Assembly (NCBI GenBank): GCA_963697725.1 | Contig: OY969096.1 | Span: forward strand, 1,947,438-2,011,437 | Length of the DNA: 64,000 bases | Reading direction: 5' to 3' | Source: an uncultured Solirubrobacteraceae bacterium | GTDB taxonomy: Bacteria > Actinomycetota > Thermoleophilia > Solirubrobacterales > Solirubrobacteraceae | The notes under the pieces: generated by a model | What the model was told of the DNA's origin: nothing | What the model saw: only the letters and a program-made list of their open reading frames with translations | Databases searched by the model: none | Translations under genes and position numbers: made by a program | Shown here: positions 54,683 through 62,727 of the stretch, piece by piece | How the letters are laid out: each line of letters opens with the position of its first letter | Numbering within the stretch: position 1 is the first letter of the stretch

Positions 54683-56995
54683 TTAGGCGGGGATCGGCTC
54701 CAGCGCTTCGCCGCCGAACTCGTTGCGCAGCCGCTCGCCCAGCAGCGTGTTCTCAGGCGCGCGCAGCTGCGGGTCGTCGCCGAGCAGCACCTCAGCGCAG
54801 GCCCGCGCCCGCTCCAGCAGGCCCGCATCTTGGGGCAGCTCGGCAATCACAAACTGGCGCAGTCCCGACTGGCGCGTGCCGACGAGCTCGCCCTCGCTCC
54901 GTAGCTGTAGGTCGATCTCCGCGAGCCGGAAACCGTCTGCGTGCTCGGCCAGCGCGCGCAGTCGCGCCGAGCCGGGTGGTCCCATCAGGCGGCAGCTGGC
55001 GCGATGCTCGCCGCGCCCGATGCGTCCTCGCAGCTGATGCAACTGGGAAATGCCGAAGCGCTCGGCGTTCTCCACCAGCATCATCGTCGCGTTCGGCACG
55101 TCGATGCCCACCTCGATCACGGTCGTGGCGACAAGCACATCAGCGCGGCCCGAGGCGAACGCCGCCATCGCCTCCTGCTTCTCGCGCGGGCGCATGCCGC
55201 CGTGGAGCAGTACCAGCTCATAGCCCTGCAACTCACCCTCGCGCAGCCGCTGCAGCTCCGCGGTGGCGGCGCGCAGCTCGCCGAGCGCGCCGCGCGCCGC
55301 ACCAGCGCCCGCGGCTTCGGCGGCCTCCGCGCTTGCACCGCTCGGAGCAGAGCCCGAGGGCGCTGCGGCGCCTGGCTGCTGGGGCTCCTGCTCGATCAGC
55401 GGGCACACCACGAATGCCTGACGCCCCGCGCGCAGCTGCTCGCGCAACTCCTCATAGGCCCGCGCCCGGGCGCGCTCGCCCGCGACGATGCGCGTGTCGA
55501 TCGGCTGGCGCCCGAGCGGCAGCTCACGCAGCGCGCTCGTTTCAAGATCGCCGTAGCGCGCCAGCGCCAGCGTGCGGGGGATCGGTGTGGCGGTCATGTG
55601 CAGCATGTGCGGCGTGCCCTTCTCGTGCAGTGCCGCGCGCTGGCGCACGCCGAAACGGTGCTGCTCGTCGATGACCGCGACCGCTAGCGAGCGGAACTCG
55701 ACGTCGGGCTCGATCAGCGCATGTGTGCCCACGAGCAGCGAGCACTCACCGCTTGCCAGCTTGCCCAGCGTGTCGCGCCGAGCGCGGGCGGCGGTCGATC
55801 CCGTCAACAGTGCACAGCTCACGTTTTCGGGGCCGAGCAGCCGCTGGATCGTGGCGAAGTGCTGTTCGGCCAACGTCTCCGTCGGCGCCATCAGCGCCGC
55901 CTGCGCCCCGTGCTCGACCGCGCGCAGCATCGCGTACAGCGCTACGACGGTCTTGCCGCTGCCGACCTCGCCCATCAGCAACCTCTGCATCGCCCGCGAG
56001 CCCGCGAGGTCCGCGTCGATCTCGGCGATCGCCCGCAGCTGGTCGCCCGTGGGCACGAACGGCAGCACCTCTCTGAGCCAGCGCGCGCTCAGCTCCGGCG
56101 CTTGCTCGAGCGCGGGTGCACCCTCGTGCTGGCGCCGGCGCGCGCGGCGCAGCAGAAACACGAGCTGCGTCAGCAGCAGCTCGTCGAAGGCCAGCCGCGC
56201 CCGACCCTGCGCAGTGTCCTCGGGATCGCGCGGGAAGTGCATCGCCGCCAGCGCGCTCGCGCGATCGGGCAACCTCTGTTGCGCGCGAGTCAACCCCGGC
56301 AGCGGCTCGCTCACGTCGGCGAGGCGATCGCTGAGGCCCCGCACCAGCGTCAGGATCTGCGTCGAGCTGACGCCCTCGCTCGCGGGATAGTGCGCCACCG
56401 CCTCCCCCCCGCCTGGCGCCTCACTCGCACCGAGGCCGATCTGCCCGCCGAGCGCGTGGTGTGAGACGCGAAAGCCGCCGCGCTCGTCGGCCTTGCCGTG
56501 CAATAGGAGCGTCGTACCCGGCGAATAGCGCTGCACCAGCCAGGGCTGGTTGAAGAACGTCGCGCGCATGCTGCCGGTCTCATCGTGCACGGTCGCCTCG
56601 ACCAGCGGGCGCATCCCACGCCGCCTCACGGGCCGCGCCGCGATCGCGCGCACGCGCACCGCCACCGTGGCCTGCTCGCCCGGGCGTAGGTTCGCGACCG
56701 TGCGTGCCTCGCGACTGTCGCGCGGCAGGTGTTCGAGCAGGTCGCCGACGGTCTGGAGGCCTAGCGCGTCCATCCCTTCGGCGACCTTGCCACCAGGCAG
56801 CTCTAGTGGCTCCTGTAGTCGCTGCGGCCGGGGCCAGCGAAGCGGCGCAGCCTGCATCTCGGCGCGTTCTAGCGCGCGCGTCTCGCCAAACGCCCTAGGG
56901 CCACGCCAGCCGTCCTCGATGATTCGCTTGACCGACGGCTCCGCGTCCGCGCTCTCACGCTCCGCCTCAATCATCTCGGTCCTCGTCGCGGGCAT
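54683..56995 (-). CDS. recG: ATP-dependent DNA helicase RecG
   Basis: FFNQPW, RLLMGEVGSGKT, MAPTETLAEQH, IDEQHRFGV, MTATPIPRTL, ERFGISQLHQLRGRIGRG; start uncertain. Confidence 0.96.
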   Translation of the reverse strand: MPATRTEMIEAERESADAEPSVKRIIEDGWRGPRAFGETRALERAEMQAAPLRWPRPQRLQEPLELPGGKVAEGMDALGLQTVGDLLEHLPRDSREARTVANLRPGEQATVAVRVRAIAARPVRRRGMRPLVEATVHDETGSMRATFFNQPWLVQRYSPGTTLLLHGKADERGGFRVSHHALGGQIGLGASEAPGGGEAVAHYPASEGVSSTQILTLVRGLSDRLADVSEPLPGLTRAQQRLPDRASALAAMHFPRDPEDTAQGRARLAFDELLLTQLVFLLRRARRRQHEGAPALEQAPELSARWLREVLPFVPTGDQLRAIAEIDADLAGSRAMQRLLMGEVGSGKTVVALYAMLRAVEHGAQAALMAPTETLAEQHFATIQRLLGPENVSCALLTGSTAARARRDTLGKLASGECSLLVGTHALIEPDVEFRSLAVAVIDEQHRFGVRQRAALHEKGTPHMLHMTATPIPRTLALARYGDLETSALRELPLGRQPIDTRIVAGERARARAYEELREQLRAGRQAFVVCPLIEQEPQQPGAAAPSGSAPSGASAEAAEAAGAGAARGALGELRAATAELQRLREGELQGYELVLLHGGMRPREKQEAMAAFASGRADVLVATTVIEVGIDVPNATMMLVENAERFGISQLHQLRGRIGRGEHRASCRLMGPPGSARLRALAEHADGFRLAEIDLQLRSEGELVGTRQSGLRQFVIAELPQDAGLLERARACAEVLLGDDPQLRAPENTLLGERLRNEFGGEALEPIPA

Positions 56996-57049
56996 GCCGC
57001 GCCATGATGATCGCCTCGGCGGTCGTTGCGGGATCAGCGGGTCGCCGAC

Positions 57050-57110
57050 CAAGCGGAGCAAGGACGCAGGGAGCGTGGCGTGCTCGCCACGCGAGCAACC
57101 GAGGGCGCCG
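57050..57110. repeat. Intergenic repeat copy B
   Basis: Homologous to 52934-52996; hairpin GCGTGGCG-TGCT-CGCCACGC. Confidence 0.8.
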
Positions 57111-57136
57111 CTCCGCGCAGCGTCGACGGCCCGCGA

Positions 57137-58903
57137 TTACTCCGCCGCGAGCAGCCACCAGTATGCGGGCTGGCCGCCCTGGCGCAACTCGAGCTCGACC
57201 CCGCCGTTGACCATACCCTCGATCTCGCCGAGGCCCAGCGGCGCGTCCTCGCCCGCCAAAACGCTGATCAGCTCGGGCTCTCCGCGCTCGCCGTCCCCCG
57301 CCGCGAGCGCCTGCAGGATCTTGCGCAGCGTCTCGGTGGGATCGCCCCAGGCCAGCACCTCATCTTGCACGAAGCCGACCGCCTCGCCGCGCGTGAAGCG
57401 TCCCTGCGCATCGTCGCGCGCTGCGGGCGCCACCGCGCCCGTGCGCACGTGCGCCAGCGCCTCGTTCATGGCCCGCGCGTTTTGCTCGACGGTGCGGTCC
57501 GGCGACAACGCCACCGCCGCGGCCAGGCCCGCCTGCTGGCTGGTCGTGGGCGCCACGTGGACCTCCTTGTCCGATAGCCGCGCCGCGTGCTCGGCAGCCA
57601 TGATCACGTTCGCGCTGTTCGGCAGCACCACGACCTCCTCCGCGGGGACCTCGTGGATCGCGGCCAACAGGTCGTAGGTCGAGGGGTTCAACGTCGGACC
57701 CCCGTCCAGCGTCCGTACGCCAAGCTCGCGGAACAGCTCGGCTAGTCCCTCGCTGCTGACGACCGCCACCGCACCACAGCGAGCGTGGCGCGCGGGTCCG
57801 CTCGGGCTCGCGCCGTTCGCGGACGAGCCGATCGCCGAGGCTCCGTTTGGCGACGCACCGTTCCTGCCAGCCACCGCCCCGTTGCTCGCGCCGGCGTGCT
57901 CGTACGCCAAGCGTGCGTCGCGATCATGAACCTGCAGACGCATATCAGCGACGTCCAACCGCGAGACCTCGCCCGCATCCGCGAACACCGCCGTGGCGCG
58001 CTCGGGCTCGTCGGTATGCAGGTGGACCTTGAGCGTCTTTGCGTCGCCCACCACCAGCACCGAGTCACCCAGCGACTCCAATGGCTCGATGAAACGCCCG
58101 GGACTTAGGCCGCTGCCGGTGACGGCGAAGTTCGTGCAGAAGCGGTAGGTGCCCGAGCTGTGCTCGGGGTGCGTGATCCGCGCCGGGGCGTAGTGGTCGA
58201 GCTCGGGCGCCTCGTCGCCGCGCAGCGCGGCGACCACGCCCGCGAACATGATCGTCAGCCCGTAGCCGCCCGCGTCGACGACGCCCGCGTCGCGCAGCGC
58301 CGCCAGCAGCTCGGGGCCGCGCTTGACGGAGTCCTGGCCCGCGATCACCGCGCGCTCCAGCGCCGCCGCGATCGCCGCGTCCTGCTCGCTGGGTTCGGTC
58401 GCTGGGCCCAGGCGCGGGTTCTCGGAGCTGTGCGCGACGTCGGTCACGATCTTGTGCGCCATCTCGCGCGCGACCGTCAGGATCGTGCCCTCGGCGGGTT
58501 CGCGCACCGAGGAGTAGGCGCGGTCCGCGGCTTTCGCGAGCGCCGCGCCGATCAGCGTCGCGTCGATCAGCTGGCCCGGCCGCGAGACGAGCTCCTCCGC
58601 GGCGCCGCGGATCAGCTGCGAGAGGATCACGCCCGAGTTGCCACGCGCACCCAACAGCGCCGCACGCGCCACGGACTCGACGATCTCCTCGCGTCCAATC
58701 TCGTCGATCGTGCGGGGCCCATCGCTCTGTAGACGGTCCAGCTCCTCGAGCACCGCGCGCAGCGTCAAGGCCATGTTGTCGCCGGTGTCGCCGTCGGCCA
58801 CCGGAAACACGTTCAGGTCGTTGACCTCCTGGCGACGAGATTCCAGATGCGCCAGCGCCCCCGCCACAGCGGTGCGAAAGCGGCCCAGATTCGTATCTGT
58901 CAC
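57137..58903 (-). CDS. DAK2-domain fatty acid kinase subunit A-like (FakA/YloV)
   Basis: VNDLNVFPVADGDTGDNM, GARGNSGVILSQ, EGTILTV, VVDAGG, FCTNF, KVHLHT, NPST, GGQPAY. Confidence 0.93.
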   Translation of the reverse strand: MTDTNLGRFRTAVAGALAHLESRRQEVNDLNVFPVADGDTGDNMALTLRAVLEELDRLQSDGPRTIDEIGREEIVESVARAALLGARGNSGVILSQLIRGAAEELVSRPGQLIDATLIGAALAKAADRAYSSVREPAEGTILTVAREMAHKIVTDVAHSSENPRLGPATEPSEQDAAIAAALERAVIAGQDSVKRGPELLAALRDAGVVDAGGYGLTIMFAGVVAALRGDEAPELDHYAPARITHPEHSSGTYRFCTNFAVTGSGLSPGRFIEPLESLGDSVLVVGDAKTLKVHLHTDEPERATAVFADAGEVSRLDVADMRLQVHDRDARLAYEHAGASNGAVAGRNGASPNGASAIGSSANGASPSGPARHARCGAVAVVSSEGLAELFRELGVRTLDGGPTLNPSTYDLLAAIHEVPAEEVVVLPNSANVIMAAEHAARLSDKEVHVAPTTSQQAGLAAAVALSPDRTVEQNARAMNEALAHVRTGAVAPAARDDAQGRFTRGEAVGFVQDEVLAWGDPTETLRKILQALAAGDGERGEPELISVLAGEDAPLGLGEIEGMVNGGVELELRQGGQPAYWWLLAAE

Positions 58904-58947
58904 GGAGAACGTCTTATCAGCTTGCGCAGCCGGAACGTCGCTCGCTA

Positions 58948-58965
58948 GGCGGACATCGGTCCGCC
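58948..58965. terminator. Hairpin GGCGGAC-N4-GTCCGCC downstream of rpmB
   Basis: Perfect 7-bp stem; no downstream U-tract on the coding strand. Confidence 0.4.
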
Positions 58966-58972
58966 GAAAAGG

Positions 58973-59164
58973 CTAGACAGCCTTCTGTACCTTGCCCGCC
59001 TTGAGACACCGGGTGCAGACGTAGACGCGTCGGGGCGCCTTGCCCACGAGGATCCGCACCTTCTGCAGGTTCGGGTCGAAGCGACGCCTGGTCGCGACCA
59101 TCGAGTGGCTGCGGCTGTTGCCGAACGCCGGCCCCTTCCCGCAGCTGTGACACACCTTTGCCAT
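58973..59164 (-). CDS. rpmB: 50S ribosomal protein L28 (Cys-containing form)
   Basis: MAKVCHSCGK, GNSRSHS, RRFDPNLQ, VCTRCLK; TAGACT 7 nt upstream. Confidence 0.96.
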   Translation of the reverse strand: MAKVCHSCGKGPAFGNSRSHSMVATRRRFDPNLQKVRILVGKAPRRVYVCTRCLKAGKVQKAV

Positions 59165-59174
59165 CGCGGGCAGT

Positions 59175-59609
59175 CTAGCCGGTCGCGAGCCGAGCGCGAA
59201 GCTCCGCCATCTGCAGCACGGCTTCGGCGGCGTGGCGCCCCTGGTCACGCTTGCCGCCGCCCGAGCGCGCGAGCGCCTGCTCCATGTTCTCCACCGTGAG
59301 CACGCCGAAGGCGCAGGGCACGCCGGTCTCCAGCTGCACCTGCATGAGCCCGCGCGCCGCCTCCGCGCAGACGAACTCGTAGTGGTCGGTCTCTCCCCTG
59401 ATCACCGCGCCCAGGCAGGCCACACCCGCGAAGCGGCCCGAGCGGGCGGCGTAGCTCGCCGCGAGCGGCAGCTCATACGCGCCGGGCACGTCGAACACCT
59501 CGACCGCGTGCTCACCGTCCTCGGCGAACGCCGTCTTCGCGCCGTCCACCAGGCGTTTCGCAAGATCCTCATAGAAGCGACCGACCGCGATCGCATAGCG
59601 CTCGGCCAC
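59175..59609 (-). CDS. ribH: 6,7-dimethyl-8-ribityllumazine synthase
   Basis: VPGAYELP, CLGAVIRGETDHYEFV, FGVLT; GTG overlaps the ribBA stop. Confidence 0.96.
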   Translation of the reverse strand: MAERYAIAVGRFYEDLAKRLVDGAKTAFAEDGEHAVEVFDVPGAYELPLAASYAARSGRFAGVACLGAVIRGETDHYEFVCAEAARGLMQVQLETGVPCAFGVLTVENMEQALARSGGGKRDQGRHAAEAVLQMAELRARLATG

Positions 59610-60916
59610 TAGCCCTCCTCGCCCTCGGGGCGCTCGCGCTCGGCGCGGTCGTGCTCGCGCTCGGCGTGCAGCAGCTCCGCGTCGAGGTTCAGCCCCTGGT
59701 GGTGCAGCGTGTGCCCCATGCGCTGGGCCTTCGTGCGCAGGTAGGACTCGTTGTGCTCGTTCGGCGCGTGCTCGATCGGGATCTGCGCGCTGACCGACAG
59801 CCCGTAGCCCTCCAGGCCGCGGATCTTCTTCGGGTTGTTGGTGAGGATCCGGATCGAGGACAGGCCCAGGTCCGCCAGGATCTGCGCGCCGATCCCGTAG
59901 TCGCGCAGGTCCGCGGGCAGGCCGAGGCGCTCGTTGGCTTCGACGGTGTCGAGGCCGTCCTCCTGCAGCCGGTAGGCCTTCAGCTTGTTCAAGAGGCCGA
60001 TCCCGCGCCCCTCCTGGGCGAGGTACAGCAGCACGCCCTGGCCCTCGCGCTCGATCATCGCCAGCGCCGCCTCGAGCTGCTCGCCGCAGTCGCAGCGCAG
60101 CGAGTGGAACACGTCGCCCGTGAGGCACTCCGAGTGCACGCGCACCAACACGTCGGCCTGGCCCGCGACCTCGCCCTTCACGAGCGCGACGTGGTGCTTG
60201 TCGTCGATCATCGAGCGGTAGCCGATCGCCTGGAAGTCGCCGAAGGTGGTGGGCAGACGCGTGGAGACCACGCGCTCGATCAGCCGATCGTTGCGCCGGC
60301 GATAGGCGATCAGGTCCGCGATCGTGACCATCTTCAGGTCGTGGCGCTCGCAGTACTCGGCGAGGTCGGGGACGCGCGCCATCGAGCCGTCCTCGTTCAT
60401 CACCTCGCAGATCACCCCCGCGGGGATCAGGCCCGCCAGGCGCGCGAGGTCGACGCTCGCCTCGGTGTGACCCGTACGCTCGAGCACGCCGCCGGGCTTG
60501 GCCTTCAGCGGATTGACGTGGCCAGGCTGGGTCAGGTCCTCGGGCTTGGTGTTGGGGTCCACGGCGACCTGCATCGTGTGCGCGCGGTCGTGCGCAGAGA
60601 CGCCGGTCGTGACGCCGTGGCGCGCCTCGATCGTGATCGTGAACGGCGTCTGCAGGGCGGACTCGTTCTTCGCGGTCATCAGCTCCAGCCCGAGCTCCTC
60701 GCAACGCTCGGGCGTCAATGCCAGGCAAATCCAGCCACGCGCCTCCTTGGCCATGAAGTTGATCGCCTCGGGCGTCACGAACTGTGCCGCCATCACCAAA
60801 TCGCCCTCGTTCTCGCGATCTTCGTCGTCGCAGACGACGACCATCTTTCCCTCGCGGATCTCGTCCAGTGCTTCCTCGACCGTCGCAAACGGCGTGGTCG
60901 TGCGTGCTGTGCTCAT
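59609..60916 (-). CDS. ribBA: Bifunctional DHBP synthase / GTP cyclohydrolase II
   Basis: DDEDRENEGDL, RTGHTEA, RVHSECLTGDVFHSLRCDCG, QEGRGIGL, LTNNP. Confidence 0.97.
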   Translation of the reverse strand: MSTARTTTPFATVEEALDEIREGKMVVVCDDEDRENEGDLVMAAQFVTPEAINFMAKEARGWICLALTPERCEELGLELMTAKNESALQTPFTITIEARHGVTTGVSAHDRAHTMQVAVDPNTKPEDLTQPGHVNPLKAKPGGVLERTGHTEASVDLARLAGLIPAGVICEVMNEDGSMARVPDLAEYCERHDLKMVTIADLIAYRRRNDRLIERVVSTRLPTTFGDFQAIGYRSMIDDKHHVALVKGEVAGQADVLVRVHSECLTGDVFHSLRCDCGEQLEAALAMIEREGQGVLLYLAQEGRGIGLLNKLKAYRLQEDGLDTVEANERLGLPADLRDYGIGAQILADLGLSSIRILTNNPKKIRGLEGYGLSVSAQIPIEHAPNEHNESYLRTKAQRMGHTLHHQGLNLDAELLHAEREHDRAERERPEGEEG

Positions 60917-61530
60917 GACACTCCTTCGGTCGTCGGTGCCTGCACCTGCGACCCCATTAGGCGCTCGACGTGCTTGGCCAGCACGTCGACCTCGACATTC
61001 ACCTCAGCCCCCACCTCCACGTCTGAAAGCCTCGTCCGCTGCAGGGTCTCGGGAATCAGCGAGACCGCGAAGCCCTGCTCGCCGATCGCGCTCACCGTCA
61101 GGCTGACGCCGTCGAGCGCCACCGAGCCCTTCTCCACCAGATAGCGCGTGAGCCGCGGCTCGACCTCGACCTCGAGCACGCGCGCGATCCCGTCGGCGAC
61201 GATCGCCGTGACGGTCCCCGTGCCGTCGACGTGACCCTGCACCACGTGGCCGCCGAGCCTGTCGCTCGCACGCAACGGCAGCTCCAGGTTGACCGCCGCG
61301 CCGGGCGCCAGCGCGCTCAGCGACGAGCGCCTCAGCGTCTCAGACATGACCTCCGCCGTGAAGCCCTCCGCACGCACCTCGGTCGCCGTCAGGCAGACGC
61401 CGTTGACCGCGATCGAGTCCCCCTCGCCGAGCTCCGCGGCCAGGCGCGTGGCGATGCGCACGCGCGCGCCCGCGTCGTCGAGCTCCAGTGAGCTGACGCT
61501 GCCCAGGTCTTCGATCAGCCCCGTGAACAT
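60913..61530 (-). CDS. ribE: Riboflavin synthase (alpha chain)
   Basis: MFTGLIE, GDSIAVNGVCLT, LGGHVVQGHVD, KGSVALDGVSLTV, NVEVD. Confidence 0.96.
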   Translation of the reverse strand: MFTGLIEDLGSVSSLELDDAGARVRIATRLAAELGEGDSIAVNGVCLTATEVRAEGFTAEVMSETLRRSSLSALAPGAAVNLELPLRASDRLGGHVVQGHVDGTGTVTAIVADGIARVLEVEVEPRLTRYLVEKGSVALDGVSLTVSAIGEQGFAVSLIPETLQRTRLSDVEVGAEVNVEVDVLAKHVERLMGSQVQAPTTEGVS

Positions 61531-61540
61531 CCGCCGCGCC

Positions 61541-61570
61541 TTTTTTTATTTCGATTAATCATTAAAAATT
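61541..61570. other. Extremely AT-rich spacer between ribD and ribE
   Basis: TTTTTTTATTTCGATTAATCATTAAAAATT in an otherwise GC-rich window; contains palindrome GATTAATC. Confidence 0.85.
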
Positions 61571-62703
61571 CACCACTCGCGCAGTCGTGCGGAGATCAGC
61601 AGATCCCCGCCCACACGCTCGCAGTCGAAGCTCAGGGCGCGCATCGCCTCGGAGATTCGCTCCACGCCCATCCCCTCCAGCGGGTCGCGCGCCGCGCTGC
61701 CGCCCAGCAACAAAGGCGCCAGGAACAGGCGCAGCTCGTCGATCTCACCCGCGTCCAGGAACGCGCCCGCCAGATGCGGGCCGCCCTCCAACAGCGCCGA
61801 GGCCACGCCCATCGTGCCCAGCTGCTCGAGCGCCGAACGCACGCGCGCGGGCTCGTTCTCGCCCGTGGCGACCAGCACCTGGGCGCCCGCGGCTTCCAGC
61901 GCATCCGTGTCGGAGCGGGCCGCCGCGCGCGAGACCACCACGGTCAGGGGGATCTCGCTCGCGGCCGAGACCAGCTGCGAGCTTGGCGGAAGCCGCCCCA
62001 GCGTGTCGAACACCACGCGCCGCGGCTGCTCGGAGGGGTCCGCGGGCTCGCCCTCGGGCCTCGCCGTCAGCCGCGGGTCGTCCGCGAGCGCGGTGCCAAT
62101 CCCCACCACGACCGCGTCGACCGAAGCCCGCCAGTGATGCGCGAGCGCGCGGCTGTCCTCGCCGCTGATCCATTGCGAGTCGCCCGTGCGCGTGGCGACC
62201 TTGCCGTCGAGCGTCATCGCCGACTTGAACAGCACCCACGGCCGCCCCACGCGCGCGTGCTTGCGGAACGCCTGGTTCAACAGCCGTGCCCGCGTAGCCT
62301 GCTCACCGTCGGCCAGCACCACCTCCACGCCCTCGTCGCGCAGGATCCCCAGGCCCCGGCCCGAGGCCTTCTCGGTCGGGTCGTCCGAGCCCACGACCAC
62401 GCGCCTGATCCCCGCCTGCAGGATCGCGTCCGTGCAGGGCGGCGTCTTGCCCTCGTGGCAGCAGGGCTCCAGCGACACGTACAGCGTCGCCTCGCTCAGG
62501 TCCTCAAGGCCACAGGCCTCGATCGCGTTAACCTCCGCGTGGGCGGCCCCGTAGCGCTCGTGCCAGCCCTCACCCAGCACCTCCTCACCGCGGGCGATCA
62601 CCGCGCCCACCACGGGGTTCGGCTTCACCGAGCCCGTGCCGTTGCCCGCCAGCTCGATCGCCCGCGCCATGTGTGCCCTGTCGGTGTCGGTGCTGATCGT
62701 CAT
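61570..62703 (-). CDS. ribD: Bifunctional riboflavin deaminase/reductase
   Basis: PNPVVGAV, HAEVNA, SLEPCCHEGKTPPC, KSAMTLDGK, LLEGG. Confidence 0.97.
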   Translation of the reverse strand: MTISTDTDRAHMARAIELAGNGTGSVKPNPVVGAVIARGEEVLGEGWHERYGAAHAEVNAIEACGLEDLSEATLYVSLEPCCHEGKTPPCTDAILQAGIRRVVVGSDDPTEKASGRGLGILRDEGVEVVLADGEQATRARLLNQAFRKHARVGRPWVLFKSAMTLDGKVATRTGDSQWISGEDSRALAHHWRASVDAVVVGIGTALADDPRLTARPEGEPADPSEQPRRVVFDTLGRLPPSSQLVSAASEIPLTVVVSRAAARSDTDALEAAGAQVLVATGENEPARVRSALEQLGTMGVASALLEGGPHLAGAFLDAGEIDELRLFLAPLLLGGSAARDPLEGMGVERISEAMRALSFDCERVGGDLLISARLREW

Positions 62704-62727
62704 CTCAAGCTCTCAGGATAACCCTGC

